31,921 bases of DNA, taken from positions 1 to 31,921 of IMG/VR virus record IMGVR_UViG_3300017747_000258. One strand, 5' to 3'. Each line of letters starts with the position of its first letter. Position 1 is the stretch's first letter. Source of the stretch: a virus. Taxonomy: Duplodnaviria; Caudoviricetes. The position numbers were made by a program, and so were the translations under genes. Positions 1 to 8,494 of the stretch are shown here, piece after piece. The notes under the pieces were generated by a model that did not search any database, was not told where the DNA came from, and was given only the letters and a program-made list of their open reading frames with translations.

Positions 1-294
1 CCGTCGATTAACGTCTGGCCAGCCCCAGACCAAGATAACTATTATACCTTTGTCTACTGGCGCTTGCGCCGCTTACAGGATGCTGGTGATGGTGTTACTA
101 CGCAAGATATACCGTTTAGGTTCATCCCTTGTATGGTGGCTGGTCTCGCGTATCACCTATCCTTGAAAATCCCCGGTGCGCTTGAGCGTTCTGTTGGGTT
201 GAAGATGCAGTACGAAGAACTCTGGCAGCAGGCTGCTGATGAGGACCGCGAGAAGGCACCATTACGCCTTGCGCCTCGTCAGTATTTCCGGTGA
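1..294 (+). CDS. Head-tail adaptor/neck protein, C-terminal part (5' truncated by window edge)
   Basis: Frame 1 is open from base 1 (PSINVWPAPDQDNYYTFVYWRLRRLQD...). WPxPD-x-Y motif and helical C-terminus resemble podovirus adaptor proteins. The ORF-track start at 64 is internal. Confidence 0.65.
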   Translation, partial: PSINVWPAPDQDNYYTFVYWRLRRLQDAGDGVTTQDIPFRFIPCMVAGLAYHLSLKIPGALERSVGLKMQYEELWQQAADEDREKAPLRLAPRQYFR

Positions 295-297
295 CGT

Positions 298-690
298 GTG
301 CCTAATCGGTTTGCATCTGGTAAATGGGCAATCGCCCAGTGCGACCGTTGTAACTTCCGCTATAAGCTGAAGGAACTCAAGCGGCTCGTCATTAAGACCA
401 AGAACGTCAACATTCTGGTGTGCCCTACGTGTTGGGAACCTGACCAGCCGCAGCTTCAGTTGGGTATGTATCCTGTGGACGACCCACAAGCTCTGCGTAA
501 CCCACGCCCCGACAACAGCTACTACCAATCAGGCCTCAACCCGAACAATAACCCGAGTGATGGTAGCCGTATAATTCAGTGGGGGTGGAACCCTGTCGGG
601 TTAGATAATCCTTTGGGTTTATTTGGTCTCCCAAATACGCTATTAGGTAGTGGTCAAGTAGGGACCGTAACAATCGAGACGGAGAATTAA
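298..690 (+). CDS. Zinc-ribbon-like phage protein
   Basis: GTG start 3 nt after upstream stop; two CxxC motifs (CDRC, CPTC). Confidence 0.7.
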   Translation: MPNRFASGKWAIAQCDRCNFRYKLKELKRLVIKTKNVNILVCPTCWEPDQPQLQLGMYPVDDPQALRNPRPDNSYYQSGLNPNNNPSDGSRIIQWGWNPVGLDNPLGLFGLPNTLLGSGQVGTVTIETEN

Positions 691-691
691 A

Positions 692-817
692 ATGGCTAAA
701 GGTGGCAAGACAAATACGCAGATGCTAAAAATGGGCCGTAATCTGGCGAAGATTGCGAACCAGAAGAGCGGTAGCAAGCCCAAGAAAGACATGGGAAAGG
801 TCAATAAAAATGGCTGA
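692..817 (+). CDS. Small Lys-rich protein (41 aa), absent from the ORF track
   Basis: GGAG SD at 681-684 and ATG at 692. Translates to MAKGGKTNTQMLKMGRNLAKIANQKSGSKPKKDMGKVNKNG*. Fills the gap and overlaps the next start. Confidence 0.7.
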   Translation: MAKGGKTNTQMLKMGRNLAKIANQKSGSKPKKDMGKVNKNG

Positions 818-956
818 ATATAAGCAACCCAAGCAGGTGCCGATTGTGAAGAACAATTCAGGTTACCCTAACAACATTGCTAACACTCAGACTGTGAAGA
901 CTCGCGGTACGGGTGCGGCAACTAAGGGCACGCATAGCAGCAAGAAGTTGGCATAA
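810..956 (+). CDS. Small basic protein (48 aa) with RGxGAATKG motif
   Basis: ATG at 810 after GGAAAGG; MAEYKQPK...KTRGTGAATKGTHSSKKLA; TAATG coupling to the next gene. Confidence 0.7.
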   Translation: MAEYKQPKQVPIVKNNSGYPNNIANTQTVKTRGTGAATKGTHSSKKLA

Positions 957-1636
957 TGAACTACGCGCAACTGTTCGAGACAATCAAAGGGTACGTCGAA
1001 AACGACTTCCCCAACACCTCGTGGACCGGCTCTGACGGCTCTAGCACGGTGACGTTGACGTCTACCGAACAGATTAACACGTTCATCGAACAGGCTGAGC
1101 AGCGCATCTTTAACACGGTGCAGCTGCTTGACTTGCGTAAGAACGTGACGGGTAACATGACGTCAGGCAACAAGTACCTTTCGGTGCCTTCAGACTGGCT
1201 GGCTAACTTCTCTATGGCGGTTATCGACGACACAGGGCGTTATGAGTATTTGCTCAACAAGGACGTCAGCTTCATCCGGCAGTCGTTCCCGAACCCAGAC
1301 GACGAAGGTATACCCACGCATTACGCGTACTTTGACGAGAACTCGTACATCTTAGGGCCGACGCCAGACGCTAACTATGCAGTCGAACTGCACTACTTCT
1401 ACTACCCAGAGTCCATCGTAACTGCCGGGACGTCGTGGCTGGGGGATAACTTCGATAGCGCGCTGCTTTATGGTGCGTTGATTGAAGCATATGTCTTTAT
1501 GAAGGGTGAGCAGGACGTCAACGCTGAGTATCAGAAACGGTACGACAGCGCGATGGGTATGCTCAAACAGCTTGGTGAAGGTAAGAACCGTCAGGATATG
1601 TACCGGACGCCGCAAGCACGATATCCGGTCCAGTAG
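956..1636 (+). CDS. Head-tail adaptor-like protein (second copy)
   Basis: 226 aa with helical N-terminus (INTFIEQAEQRI), GxPTHY and LGPTPDANYAVELHYF motifs, and helical C-terminus (LLYGALIEA). Confidence 0.65.
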   Translation: MNYAQLFETIKGYVENDFPNTSWTGSDGSSTVTLTSTEQINTFIEQAEQRIFNTVQLLDLRKNVTGNMTSGNKYLSVPSDWLANFSMAVIDDTGRYEYLLNKDVSFIRQSFPNPDDEGIPTHYAYFDENSYILGPTPDANYAVELHYFYYPESIVTAGTSWLGDNFDSALLYGALIEAYVFMKGEQDVNAEYQKRYDSAMGMLKQLGEGKNRQDMYRTPQARYPVQ

Positions 1637-1645
1637 GAGATATAG

Positions 1646-1930
1646 ATGTTCGACCCCGTTTCAGGCACTATTGGCAACGTCATGGTTATGGCTACCCAAG
1701 GTCGTGGTTCCACGCCGGAAGAAGTTGCCGAGCGTGCGCTGGATAAAATTATCTATGTCGGCAGCAACGCACATCCTGCTATTCGGGACCAAGCTGAAGC
1801 CTTCAAAGACAGCATCCGTGGGGTGTTAGTGCACTATATGCACGAAGCTGTGCGGTCGCATAACGTAACTCTGGTGAACAAATTTAAACAGGCGGGGTAT
1901 CCAGAGCTTACCTCGATACTTGATACATAA
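1646..1930 (+). CDS. Hypothetical phage protein
   Basis: AGGAG SD; 94 aa; in operon. Confidence 0.7.
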   Translation: MFDPVSGTIGNVMVMATQGRGSTPEEVAERALDKIIYVGSNAHPAIRDQAEAFKDSIRGVLVHYMHEAVRSHNVTLVNKFKQAGYPELTSILDT

Positions 1931-1942
1931 GGAGGCCTTAAG

Positions 1943-2413
1943 ATGGCAATTACCCAAGCAATGTCCACGTCGTTTAAGGCCGAGCTTATGCTGGCTGTGC
2001 ACGACTTCCGCGTAGGCGGCGATACCTTTAAGCTGGCGATGTATACTTCGTCGGCTACGATTGACGCCAACACCACCGCATACACTGCGTCTAACGAAGT
2101 AACAGGTACAAACTACACCGCTGGCGGTGGTACACTGACTAATCTTGGTGTTGTCACGTCGAACAACAGTGCGTCCACAGGTACAGGTTTCACAGACTTC
2201 TCTGACTTGACCTTTGCAAACTCGTCCATCACGGCTCGTGGTGCGTTGATTTATAACACAACGCCTTCAGCTAACTCGAACGCGAACACCACGCTGACGA
2301 ACGCTGCGGTAGCTACGTTGGATTTTGGTTCGGATAAGACTTCGACAGACGGTGACTTCACCATCATCTTCCCAACAGCTACTAATACGACTGCAATCAT
2401 CCGCATCGTATAA
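1943..2413 (+). CDS. Putative virion structural (tail/fibre-associated) protein
   Basis: TAAGGAGG SD; Thr/Ala/Ser-rich beta-type sequence with YTAGG motif; structural context. Confidence 0.6.
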   Translation: MAITQAMSTSFKAELMLAVHDFRVGGDTFKLAMYTSSATIDANTTAYTASNEVTGTNYTAGGGTLTNLGVVTSNNSASTGTGFTDFSDLTFANSSITARGALIYNTTPSANSNANTTLTNAAVATLDFGSDKTSTDGDFTIIFPTATNTTAIIRIV

Positions 2414-2422
2414 GGAAAACTA

Positions 2423-2899
2423 ATGCCTTTAAATGTTGCTGACCGCGTACGCGATACTACCACTACCACTGGTACAGGTACGATAACGCTCAGTGGTACC
2501 TCACCTACGGGGTACCAGACCTTTAGTGCGGTCGGCAACGGTAACACCACATACTACACCATTAACGCTGGTGCACAGTGGGAAGTCGGCATCGGTACAT
2601 ACTCAGGTGCTGGCCCCACGCTTTCGCGTGACACTGTGCTTGCGTCCAGCAATAGCGGTTCGCTCGTTAACTTCTCTGCGGGCACTAAAGATGTGTTCTG
2701 TGACTACCCAGCCAGCAAGTCTATCTCGGACGGCTTCGGCCTCCTACCACCTGCTAATGGTGGCACCGGTCTCTCCAGCCCCGGCACGGCGGGTAACGTC
2801 CTAACCAGCGACGGCACGGAATGGGTATCTTCTGCACCAGCGGCGGCGGGTGTCACTATTGGGCAAAGTATCGTATTAAGCATGGTTTTTGGATTGTAA
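2423..2899 (+). CDS. Putative tail fibre-associated protein
   Basis: TAAGGA SD; ADRVRDTTTTTGTG start, WEVGIG, and fibre-like C-terminal motifs (NGGTG, GNVLTSDG..W). Confidence 0.6.
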   Translation: MPLNVADRVRDTTTTTGTGTITLSGTSPTGYQTFSAVGNGNTTYYTINAGAQWEVGIGTYSGAGPTLSRDTVLASSNSGSLVNFSAGTKDVFCDYPASKSISDGFGLLPPANGGTGLSSPGTAGNVLTSDGTEWVSSAPAAAGVTIGQSIVLSMVFGL

Positions 2900-2908
2900 G
2901 GAAGCAAC

Positions 2909-3286
2909 ATGGCTAACCCAAATCTCGCAGGCGTCACCGCCATTTATGGCAACAACTCTAGTACTGCACTGTCCTCGACCAGCGCGACTTCTATTGTCAG
3001 CAACGCCGCGTCCAGTGGCAAGGTGTTTAAGATTAACACTATTATGGTTGCCAACGTAGACGGCACATCAGCTGCTGACATCACAATCAATAAGTATAGC
3101 GCAGCGGCTCTGGGCGGCACGGCGTTCCCGATTGCCTCAACAATCTCGGTGCCTGCTGACGCTACGTTAATCGTAGTTGACAAGACAACGTCGTTCTACC
3201 TCAAGGAAAACGAAAGCATCGGCGCAACGGCTGCGGTAGCTAACGACCTTGTAGTCACCTGTTCGTGGGAAGAACTCAACTCGTAA
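2909..3286 (+). CDS. Putative virion structural protein
   Basis: TAAGGA SD; 125-aa beta-rich sequence within the tail region. Confidence 0.55.
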   Translation: MANPNLAGVTAIYGNNSSTALSSTSATSIVSNAASSGKVFKINTIMVANVDGTSAADITINKYSAAALGGTAFPIASTISVPADATLIVVDKTTSFYLKENESIGATAAVANDLVVTCSWEELNS

Positions 3287-3295
3287 GGACGTTGG

Positions 3296-4171
3296 ATGTT
3301 TAGGCGTTATCCTCGCGGCATCATTACAGCTAGTTTGCTTACGGGCACTTCGGGTGTCTACGACATAAGCGAAAGCCTCCAAGCCCCTCGGACTTATAGC
3401 GCCGACCTACTTATAATTGCGGGTGGTGGTAGTGGTGGCGGTGGCCCGCAAGGCGGCGGTGGCGGCGCTGGCGGGTATCTTACCTTTTCGGCGCAATCGT
3501 TTACGCCGGGTGATGTAAAGACCGTCACTGTCGGCGCAGGCGGCGCAAATGGAACAGGCGTTGGAAACAACGGGGTTAATTCGTCAGTAACGGGCCTAAC
3601 CGCAGCAGTGGGGGGCGGTGCTGGTGGCCGAAACGGACTTGCTGGTGCAGCGGGTGGTTCTGGCGGCGGGGCTGGGTCTAACTACCCAAGTACCAATCTT
3701 GCAGGCGGCACCGCCACATCAGGTCAAGGCAATAATGGGGGCACCACAACAGATAGTGCTAATTACTACCAATCCGGCGGTGGCGGTGGCGCTGGTGCTG
3801 TTGGTGGTAATGGTTCAACTACGGTAGCTGGGGTTGGCGGTAACGGCCTTGCCTCATCCATTACAGGAACATCAGTCACACGCGCAGGTGGTGGTGGAGG
3901 CGGGAATATCTACGGCGCAGGTGGCGCTGGTGGTACAGGCGGCGGCGGTGCTGGAGGCTCTACGGGGGGCGCAGGAACCGCAAATACTGGTGGCGGCGGT
4001 GGCGGCGCTAGTAACGGTGGAAATACCTTCGGCGCTGGCGGCTCCGGCGTTGTTATAATCTCTGTGCCGACGGCCAACTATAGCGGCGTAACCACAGGTT
4101 CGCCAACGGTTACAACCAGCGGCTCCAACACAATCCTAACTTTCACTTCATCGGGAAGCTACACGGCATGA
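3296..4171 (+). CDS. Glycine-rich fibre/adhesin-like protein A
   Basis: IAGGGSGG, GGGGAGG and AGGSGVVII motifs typical of phage polyglycine-rich domains. Confidence 0.75.
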   Translation: MFRRYPRGIITASLLTGTSGVYDISESLQAPRTYSADLLIIAGGGSGGGGPQGGGGGAGGYLTFSAQSFTPGDVKTVTVGAGGANGTGVGNNGVNSSVTGLTAAVGGGAGGRNGLAGAAGGSGGGAGSNYPSTNLAGGTATSGQGNNGGTTTDSANYYQSGGGGGAGAVGGNGSTTVAGVGGNGLASSITGTSVTRAGGGGGGNIYGAGGAGGTGGGGAGGSTGGAGTANTGGGGGGASNGGNTFGAGGSGVVIISVPTANYSGVTTGSPTVTTSGSNTILTFTSSGSYTA

Positions 4172-4521
4172 GCCATTTTGCAAAAGTCATCGACGGCATC
4201 GTCACCGAGGTTCTGGTCATCGAGCAGGACGTTATCGACACGGGTATGTTCGGCGATCCTGCGCTCTGGGTGCAGACATCATACAACACCTATGGCGGTC
4301 AACACCCCGAAGGGCGTCCGCTGCGTAAGAATTATGCAGGTATCGGCTACGCCTACGACGTGGTGCGCGATGCGTTTATCGCGCCGCAACCATTCGCGTC
4401 GTGGACGCTGAACGAAGATACGTGCCTTTGGGACGCGCCTGTAGCCTACCCAGATGACGGCAAGTCATACGCGTGGGACGAAGACACCTTGTCTTGGATA
4501 GAGGTTCCAAATGGCGAATAG
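4168..4521 (+). CDS. Small Trp/Tyr-rich partner of the glycine-rich proteins (possible fibre assembly/adaptor protein)
   Basis: ATGA overlap; WVQTSYN, RKNYAGIGY and FIAPQP..SW motifs; lies between the two Gly-rich paralogs. Confidence 0.65.
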   Translation: MSHFAKVIDGIVTEVLVIEQDVIDTGMFGDPALWVQTSYNTYGGQHPEGRPLRKNYAGIGYAYDVVRDAFIAPQPFASWTLNEDTCLWDAPVAYPDDGKSYAWDEDTLSWIEVPNGE

Positions 4522-5479
4522 GTGGCCCGGAGGGCTTATCCGTAAAACACCAGTTACCCCGACCACTTCTGCGGCTCCGGGGATTTGGACGTTGGCCGAG
4601 GCTGCGTATTGGACTAAGCAGGGGTTGTGGCCCAAACCGGTAGGTCCGTCGTACTCTGCAAGCTATCTCGTAATTGCTGGCGGCGGTAGTGGCGGAGCAA
4701 ACGATGGTGGTGGTGGCGGGGCTGGTGGCTACCTTACAAGCACCGCTACTCTTACTTCTGGCGCTGTGTATACAGTCACCGTCGGCGGCGGTGGGGCTAG
4801 TGTTTCGGGGTCAACCCTTGGGAACAGCGGTTCTAATTCATCACTTTCTGGGACAGGCGTAAGCGTTACTTCTACGGCTGGCGGCGGTGGCGGCTCTCAG
4901 AATGGAACCAATACAGGATTAAGCGGAGGCTCTGGCGGCGGTGGCGCATATTTCGCTGGCTCTGGGGGATCAGGTACCTCTGGGCAGGGTAATGCCGGGG
5001 GCACTGGCGAGAGTGGGTCTGGCGCTGGCGGTGGAGGTGGCGGCGCTGGTGCCGCTGGTGCTACACCGGCTGGGGGGTCATCAACCGGCGGTGTTGGCGG
5101 TAATGGCCTTGCCTCGTCAATCACAGGCACATCAGTTACACGCGCTGGCGGTGGCGGCGGTGGCGGCTATTTCGCTGTTGGTTCTGCTGGCCCAGCAGGT
5201 GGAGCGGGCGGCGGCGGGAACGGCGGCACGGATTTGGGCGGTTTTGCTAGTTTTGGTGGGTTTGGCGTAGCTGGTACTACTAATACAGGAAGCGGCGGCG
5301 GTGGCGGTGGCCCACCTAATAACTCAAATAATACTAGCGGCGCAGGTGGCTCTGGTGTGGTCATTATTTCCGTGCCAACAGCCAACTACACTGGTACAAC
5401 AACAGGAAGCCCAACGGTCACCACCAGCGGCTCAAACACAATCCTCCAGTTTAATTCGTCTGGGAGTTACACAGCATGA
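4511..5479 (+). CDS. Glycine-rich fibre/adhesin-like protein B (paralog of 3296..4171)
   Basis: GAGG SD; shares GVGGNGLASSITGTSVTRAGGGGGG and a near-identical C-terminal ~45 aa with protein A. Confidence 0.75.
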   Translation: MANRWPGGLIRKTPVTPTTSAAPGIWTLAEAAYWTKQGLWPKPVGPSYSASYLVIAGGGSGGANDGGGGGAGGYLTSTATLTSGAVYTVTVGGGGASVSGSTLGNSGSNSSLSGTGVSVTSTAGGGGGSQNGTNTGLSGGSGGGGAYFAGSGGSGTSGQGNAGGTGESGSGAGGGGGGAGAAGATPAGGSSTGGVGGNGLASSITGTSVTRAGGGGGGGYFAVGSAGPAGGAGGGGNGGTDLGGFASFGGFGVAGTTNTGSGGGGGGPPNNSNNTSGAGGSGVVIISVPTANYTGTTTGSPTVTTSGSNTILQFNSSGSYTA

Positions 5480-6396
5480 TTAAGCGGTATTGGGTTCTTG
5501 TCTCTCTTGGCTGGTGTAGCATGGTGTTCGCTCAGAGCGCGCCAACGTCCTATGTCTACGACACGACGACTACCAGCACGTCGGACAGCACCTCAACTAA
5601 CACCAACACCAACACCAACACCAATACCAACACCTCAACCAGCACATCGACGAACACCAATAACAACGTGAACACCAGCACTTCGCTGAACACGAACAAC
5701 AATAACAATGTTAGCACATCGACAAACACCAACATCAATCAAACTTCTGGGACGATGACCAATATCAACCAGAACATCAATTCTGGTACGATGACGAACA
5801 TTAACCAGAACACTAACGTCAGCACGTCTGACAATACAAACCGCAATTTCAATACGGATGTGAGCAACAGCACCATCAACCAGACGGTCAGCAGCAACAA
5901 CAACAACACGTCCAATAACACCAACCGAAACATCAACAGCGACACGAGCAATAGCACGATCAACAGCACGGCGAACAACGTCAACCAGAACAACAACGTC
6001 AACGTGTCCGACAGTAAAAGCTACAGCGAGAGCGTCAACCGGCAGATAATCGACCAGAACATTAAGTCGCCACCGCCCAGCGCCATCGCGCCGTCAATGA
6101 TGTCCTACAGCCAAGACCTTTGCACCACTGGGCAATCAGGTGCAGTACAGACGCAGATTATTGGCTTGTCGGCTGGCCGCACTGTGCGCGACCAAAACTG
6201 CGAACGTATGAAGCTGTCGAAGACCCTGTACGACATGGGTATGCGTGTCGCTGCTGTGAGCCTCCTGTGCCAAGACTTCCGCGTCTTTAGGGCGATGGAG
6301 ATGGCCGGAACACCCTGTCCATTCTTGGGATTGATTGGCGAGGAAGCCCGCGCCGCGTGGACCGAGAACTCCGAGCTTCGCCCTGTCAAGGATTAA
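5476..6396 (+). CDS. Predicted secreted protein: signal peptide, Asn/Thr/Ser repeat region, 4-Cys C-terminal domain
   Basis: MIKRYWVLVSLGWCSMVFA|Q is Sec/SPI-like; ~165 aa of alternating N/T; Cys in DLCTT, QNCER, LLCQD and TPCPF. Confidence 0.75.
   Translation: MIKRYWVLVSLGWCSMVFAQSAPTSYVYDTTTTSTSDSTSTNTNTNTNTNTNTSTSTSTNTNNNVNTSTSLNTNNNNNVSTSTNTNINQTSGTMTNINQNINSGTMTNINQNTNVSTSDNTNRNFNTDVSNSTINQTVSSNNNNTSNNTNRNINSDTSNSTINSTANNVNQNNNVNVSDSKSYSESVNRQIIDQNIKSPPPSAIAPSMMSYSQDLCTTGQSGAVQTQIIGLSAGRTVRDQNCERMKLSKTLYDMGMRVAAVSLLCQDFRVFRAMEMAGTPCPFLGLIGEEARAAWTENSELRPVKD
5599..5634 (+). repeat. (AACACC)n hexamer repeat encoding (NT)6
   Basis: AACACC x4, then AATACC, then AACACC. Confidence 0.85.
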
Positions 6397-6406
6397 GACA
6401 TACGCT

Positions 6407-7987
6407 TTGCGGGTGGCCCTCCTGCTGGCTTGCGCTACACCTGTATGTGCGCAGACCTACGAGCCTGCCTTGATCCCACCACAAATTCTCGGCGCACCCA
6501 CGACGATGACGCCATTAAACCTTGGCGATGATAACACACGGCAGGTGCCCCTTGGCTTTGAGTTTGAATACTGGGGCCAGACCTTCACTGACGTTTGGGT
6601 GTCAAGCAACGGCTTTGTGTCGTTCCAGAGCGGCAATCATCTGTGCTGCAATGGTCAGCCCATCGACCAAGCACAGCGCAACACAATTTACGCATACTGG
6701 TCAGACATTATCAGCTTCACTGGCAACCCCTTCTATAGTTTGGGCGAAGGGTCCGCACTGTTTGGTTGGTATAACGTCCAAGAATACGGCACGAACAACT
6801 CCAACACGTTCGAAGTTCAGTTGTTCAGCAATGGCAACATCCAATTCAACTATGGGTCTTTGTCTGCATCCGGCGGTCATGACTTTACGGCTGGCATCAC
6901 TGGCCCTGAAGCGGGTGACAATGTTTCGCTCTTTTATGGTCGCAATCCGCAATTCCTGCAAAACCAATCGGGCCTGTTGACCTATGGTTCGCCAATCCCT
7001 GACGAAGTGGCAATCGACTGCAACGCCACACCGCAGCATCCATCCTGCCCGCCAATTTCAGTTGCCATTGATGTGGGTGCACCTGACCCGACTGAAACTG
7101 CTGCTGAAACTGCGCTTGAAGCTGCTGTCGCTTCCGTCGAACAGGCGGCAATGGAAGAAACCCAAGAAGAAGTGCTAATTGAAGATGTTGCCGATATTGA
7201 GCAAGTGCTTGAAACCGCGCAAGAGGCATTAGAAACAGCAGACGCATCCGTTGAAGCTGCCGCCCAAGCGGATGACGCACTCGAAGAATTGGTTTCGGAA
7301 CGTGATTTAGAAGACCTCGGGCCAGATGAAGAACGGCTATCCCCCGACGAAGTCGCTGCGCTTGCCGCAGACGGCACGGACAACACCGCAGAAGGCCAAG
7401 ACGCATCTTCTGGTGAGTTAGAACAGGAAACGTCAAATCAGCTTGATACGGCGCTTGAAGAAAACGGCGGGGTTATACAAGACGCATCCTTTGACGATGC
7501 TGCACAAACCAGCCAATCATCGGCGTTTGAAAACAACTCACAATCATCGCAGGGTTTCGGTAGCTTCCAAATGCGCGTTGACTTCGGGTCGAGCGCTTCT
7601 GGTGCGGGTGGAAACAGTGCTGGCGTAGGTTCTTCACCGCTTGACGCTGCTATTTCGGCTGGTGGCCCTGTTTCGATGACCACCACGTTTGAAATACTGA
7701 ACAATACTGGCGGCGGAAATAGCGCAGCGCCTGTTGCGACAACCGCGTCATCTGAAAAATCAGAAAGTGAAATGGCAGAAGGGCAGAGCGAAACCATTTC
7801 AGCGATGGGGGCCGTACCGGGCTTCACCGCGTACACGCAGGCGTCGTTGCAAGATAGGGCTGACTTTTACGCAATTCGTGATATATACCGCAGACGTAAG
7901 CTGCAAGACGCAAACTTTGAGTTGTATCGACTGATGCAGACAAACGATGCCCGATGGCAGGAGATGGTAGATGAGCAGTACAGATGA
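6407..7987 (+). CDS. Predicted secreted protein with NIDO (nidogen G1)-like domain, acidic linker and distinct C-terminal domain
   Basis: Start uncertain (TTG 6407 preferred; ATT 6392, GTG 6413 and TTG 6335 are in frame). Signal-like MRVALLLACATPVCA|Q. NIDO-type motifs LGDD..VPLGFEFEYWGQTFTDVWVSSNGFVSF, IYAYWSD and NTFEVQL. Also a CxxxPxxPxCP motif and an E/D/A-rich middle. Confidence 0.7.
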   Translation: MRVALLLACATPVCAQTYEPALIPPQILGAPTTMTPLNLGDDNTRQVPLGFEFEYWGQTFTDVWVSSNGFVSFQSGNHLCCNGQPIDQAQRNTIYAYWSDIISFTGNPFYSLGEGSALFGWYNVQEYGTNNSNTFEVQLFSNGNIQFNYGSLSASGGHDFTAGITGPEAGDNVSLFYGRNPQFLQNQSGLLTYGSPIPDEVAIDCNATPQHPSCPPISVAIDVGAPDPTETAAETALEAAVASVEQAAMEETQEEVLIEDVADIEQVLETAQEALETADASVEAAAQADDALEELVSERDLEDLGPDEERLSPDEVAALAADGTDNTAEGQDASSGELEQETSNQLDTALEENGGVIQDASFDDAAQTSQSSAFENNSQSSQGFGSFQMRVDFGSSASGAGGNSAGVGSSPLDAAISAGGPVSMTTTFEILNNTGGGNSAAPVATTASSEKSESEMAEGQSETISAMGAVPGFTAYTQASLQDRADFYAIRDIYRRRKLQDANFELYRLMQTNDARWQEMVDEQYR

Positions 7988-8492
7988 GGAGCCAAAGGTC
8001 TCTTTTGACGAGAGCGGTTTCAGCTTTAAGATTGGTGGCCTGAGCAGCGGCAAGATTGCCATTATCTTTGCGGCCTTTTCGACAGTCCTTGGTGGCCTGT
8101 GGGCTGGCTTCCAAGTGTATCAGCAATTCCTGACCATGCAGGAAGTGACCGCTGCGTATGTACCCCCAGACCTGTCTGGTATTGAAGGCCGCATTTCTGA
8201 GCTGGATGAGCGCGTCACGAGCGTGGAGCGCCTGACCAAGATTAACAGCGAAGCCCTGAATTATATGACGGGCAGCATTTCCAGTAGTGTCAGCGGCACA
8301 CGCCAGACGGTTGACGCAGTGTCGAGCAGTGTCCGGAACAGCGACGCGCAGAACATGGCCATGCAGCGCGCTATCATTGACCAACTGCGTGAGCAGGATA
8401 AGGAACAGCAACGGCGGATCAAGGAACTTGAAACCCAGACTGCGGAACGTATTCAAAAGACGCTGGCAAACCCGCTGGCCGGAAAGGACTAA
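7971..8492 (+). CDS. Single-pass membrane protein with coiled-coil C-terminus
   Basis: Hydrophobic IAIIFAAFSTVLGGLWAGF followed by heptad-like E/R/Q-rich helix; overlaps the upstream gene; AGGAG upstream. Confidence 0.7.
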   Translation: MSSTDEEPKVSFDESGFSFKIGGLSSGKIAIIFAAFSTVLGGLWAGFQVYQQFLTMQEVTAAYVPPDLSGIEGRISELDERVTSVERLTKINSEALNYMTGSISSSVSGTRQTVDAVSSSVRNSDAQNMAMQRAIIDQLREQDKEQQRRIKELETQTAERIQKTLANPLAGKD

Positions 8493-8494
8493 AG

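Noticed and set aside
3830-5479. Repeated blocks in the two Gly-rich genes as a DGR template/variable repeat pair
   Set aside because: Differences are mostly synonymous and involve all bases rather than only adenines, both copies are coding, and no reverse transcriptase is in the window.
5556-6002. Minus-strand Val/Leu-rich ORFs that look like membrane proteins
   Set aside because: They are the antisense mirror of AAC/ACC codons in the N/T-rich gene.
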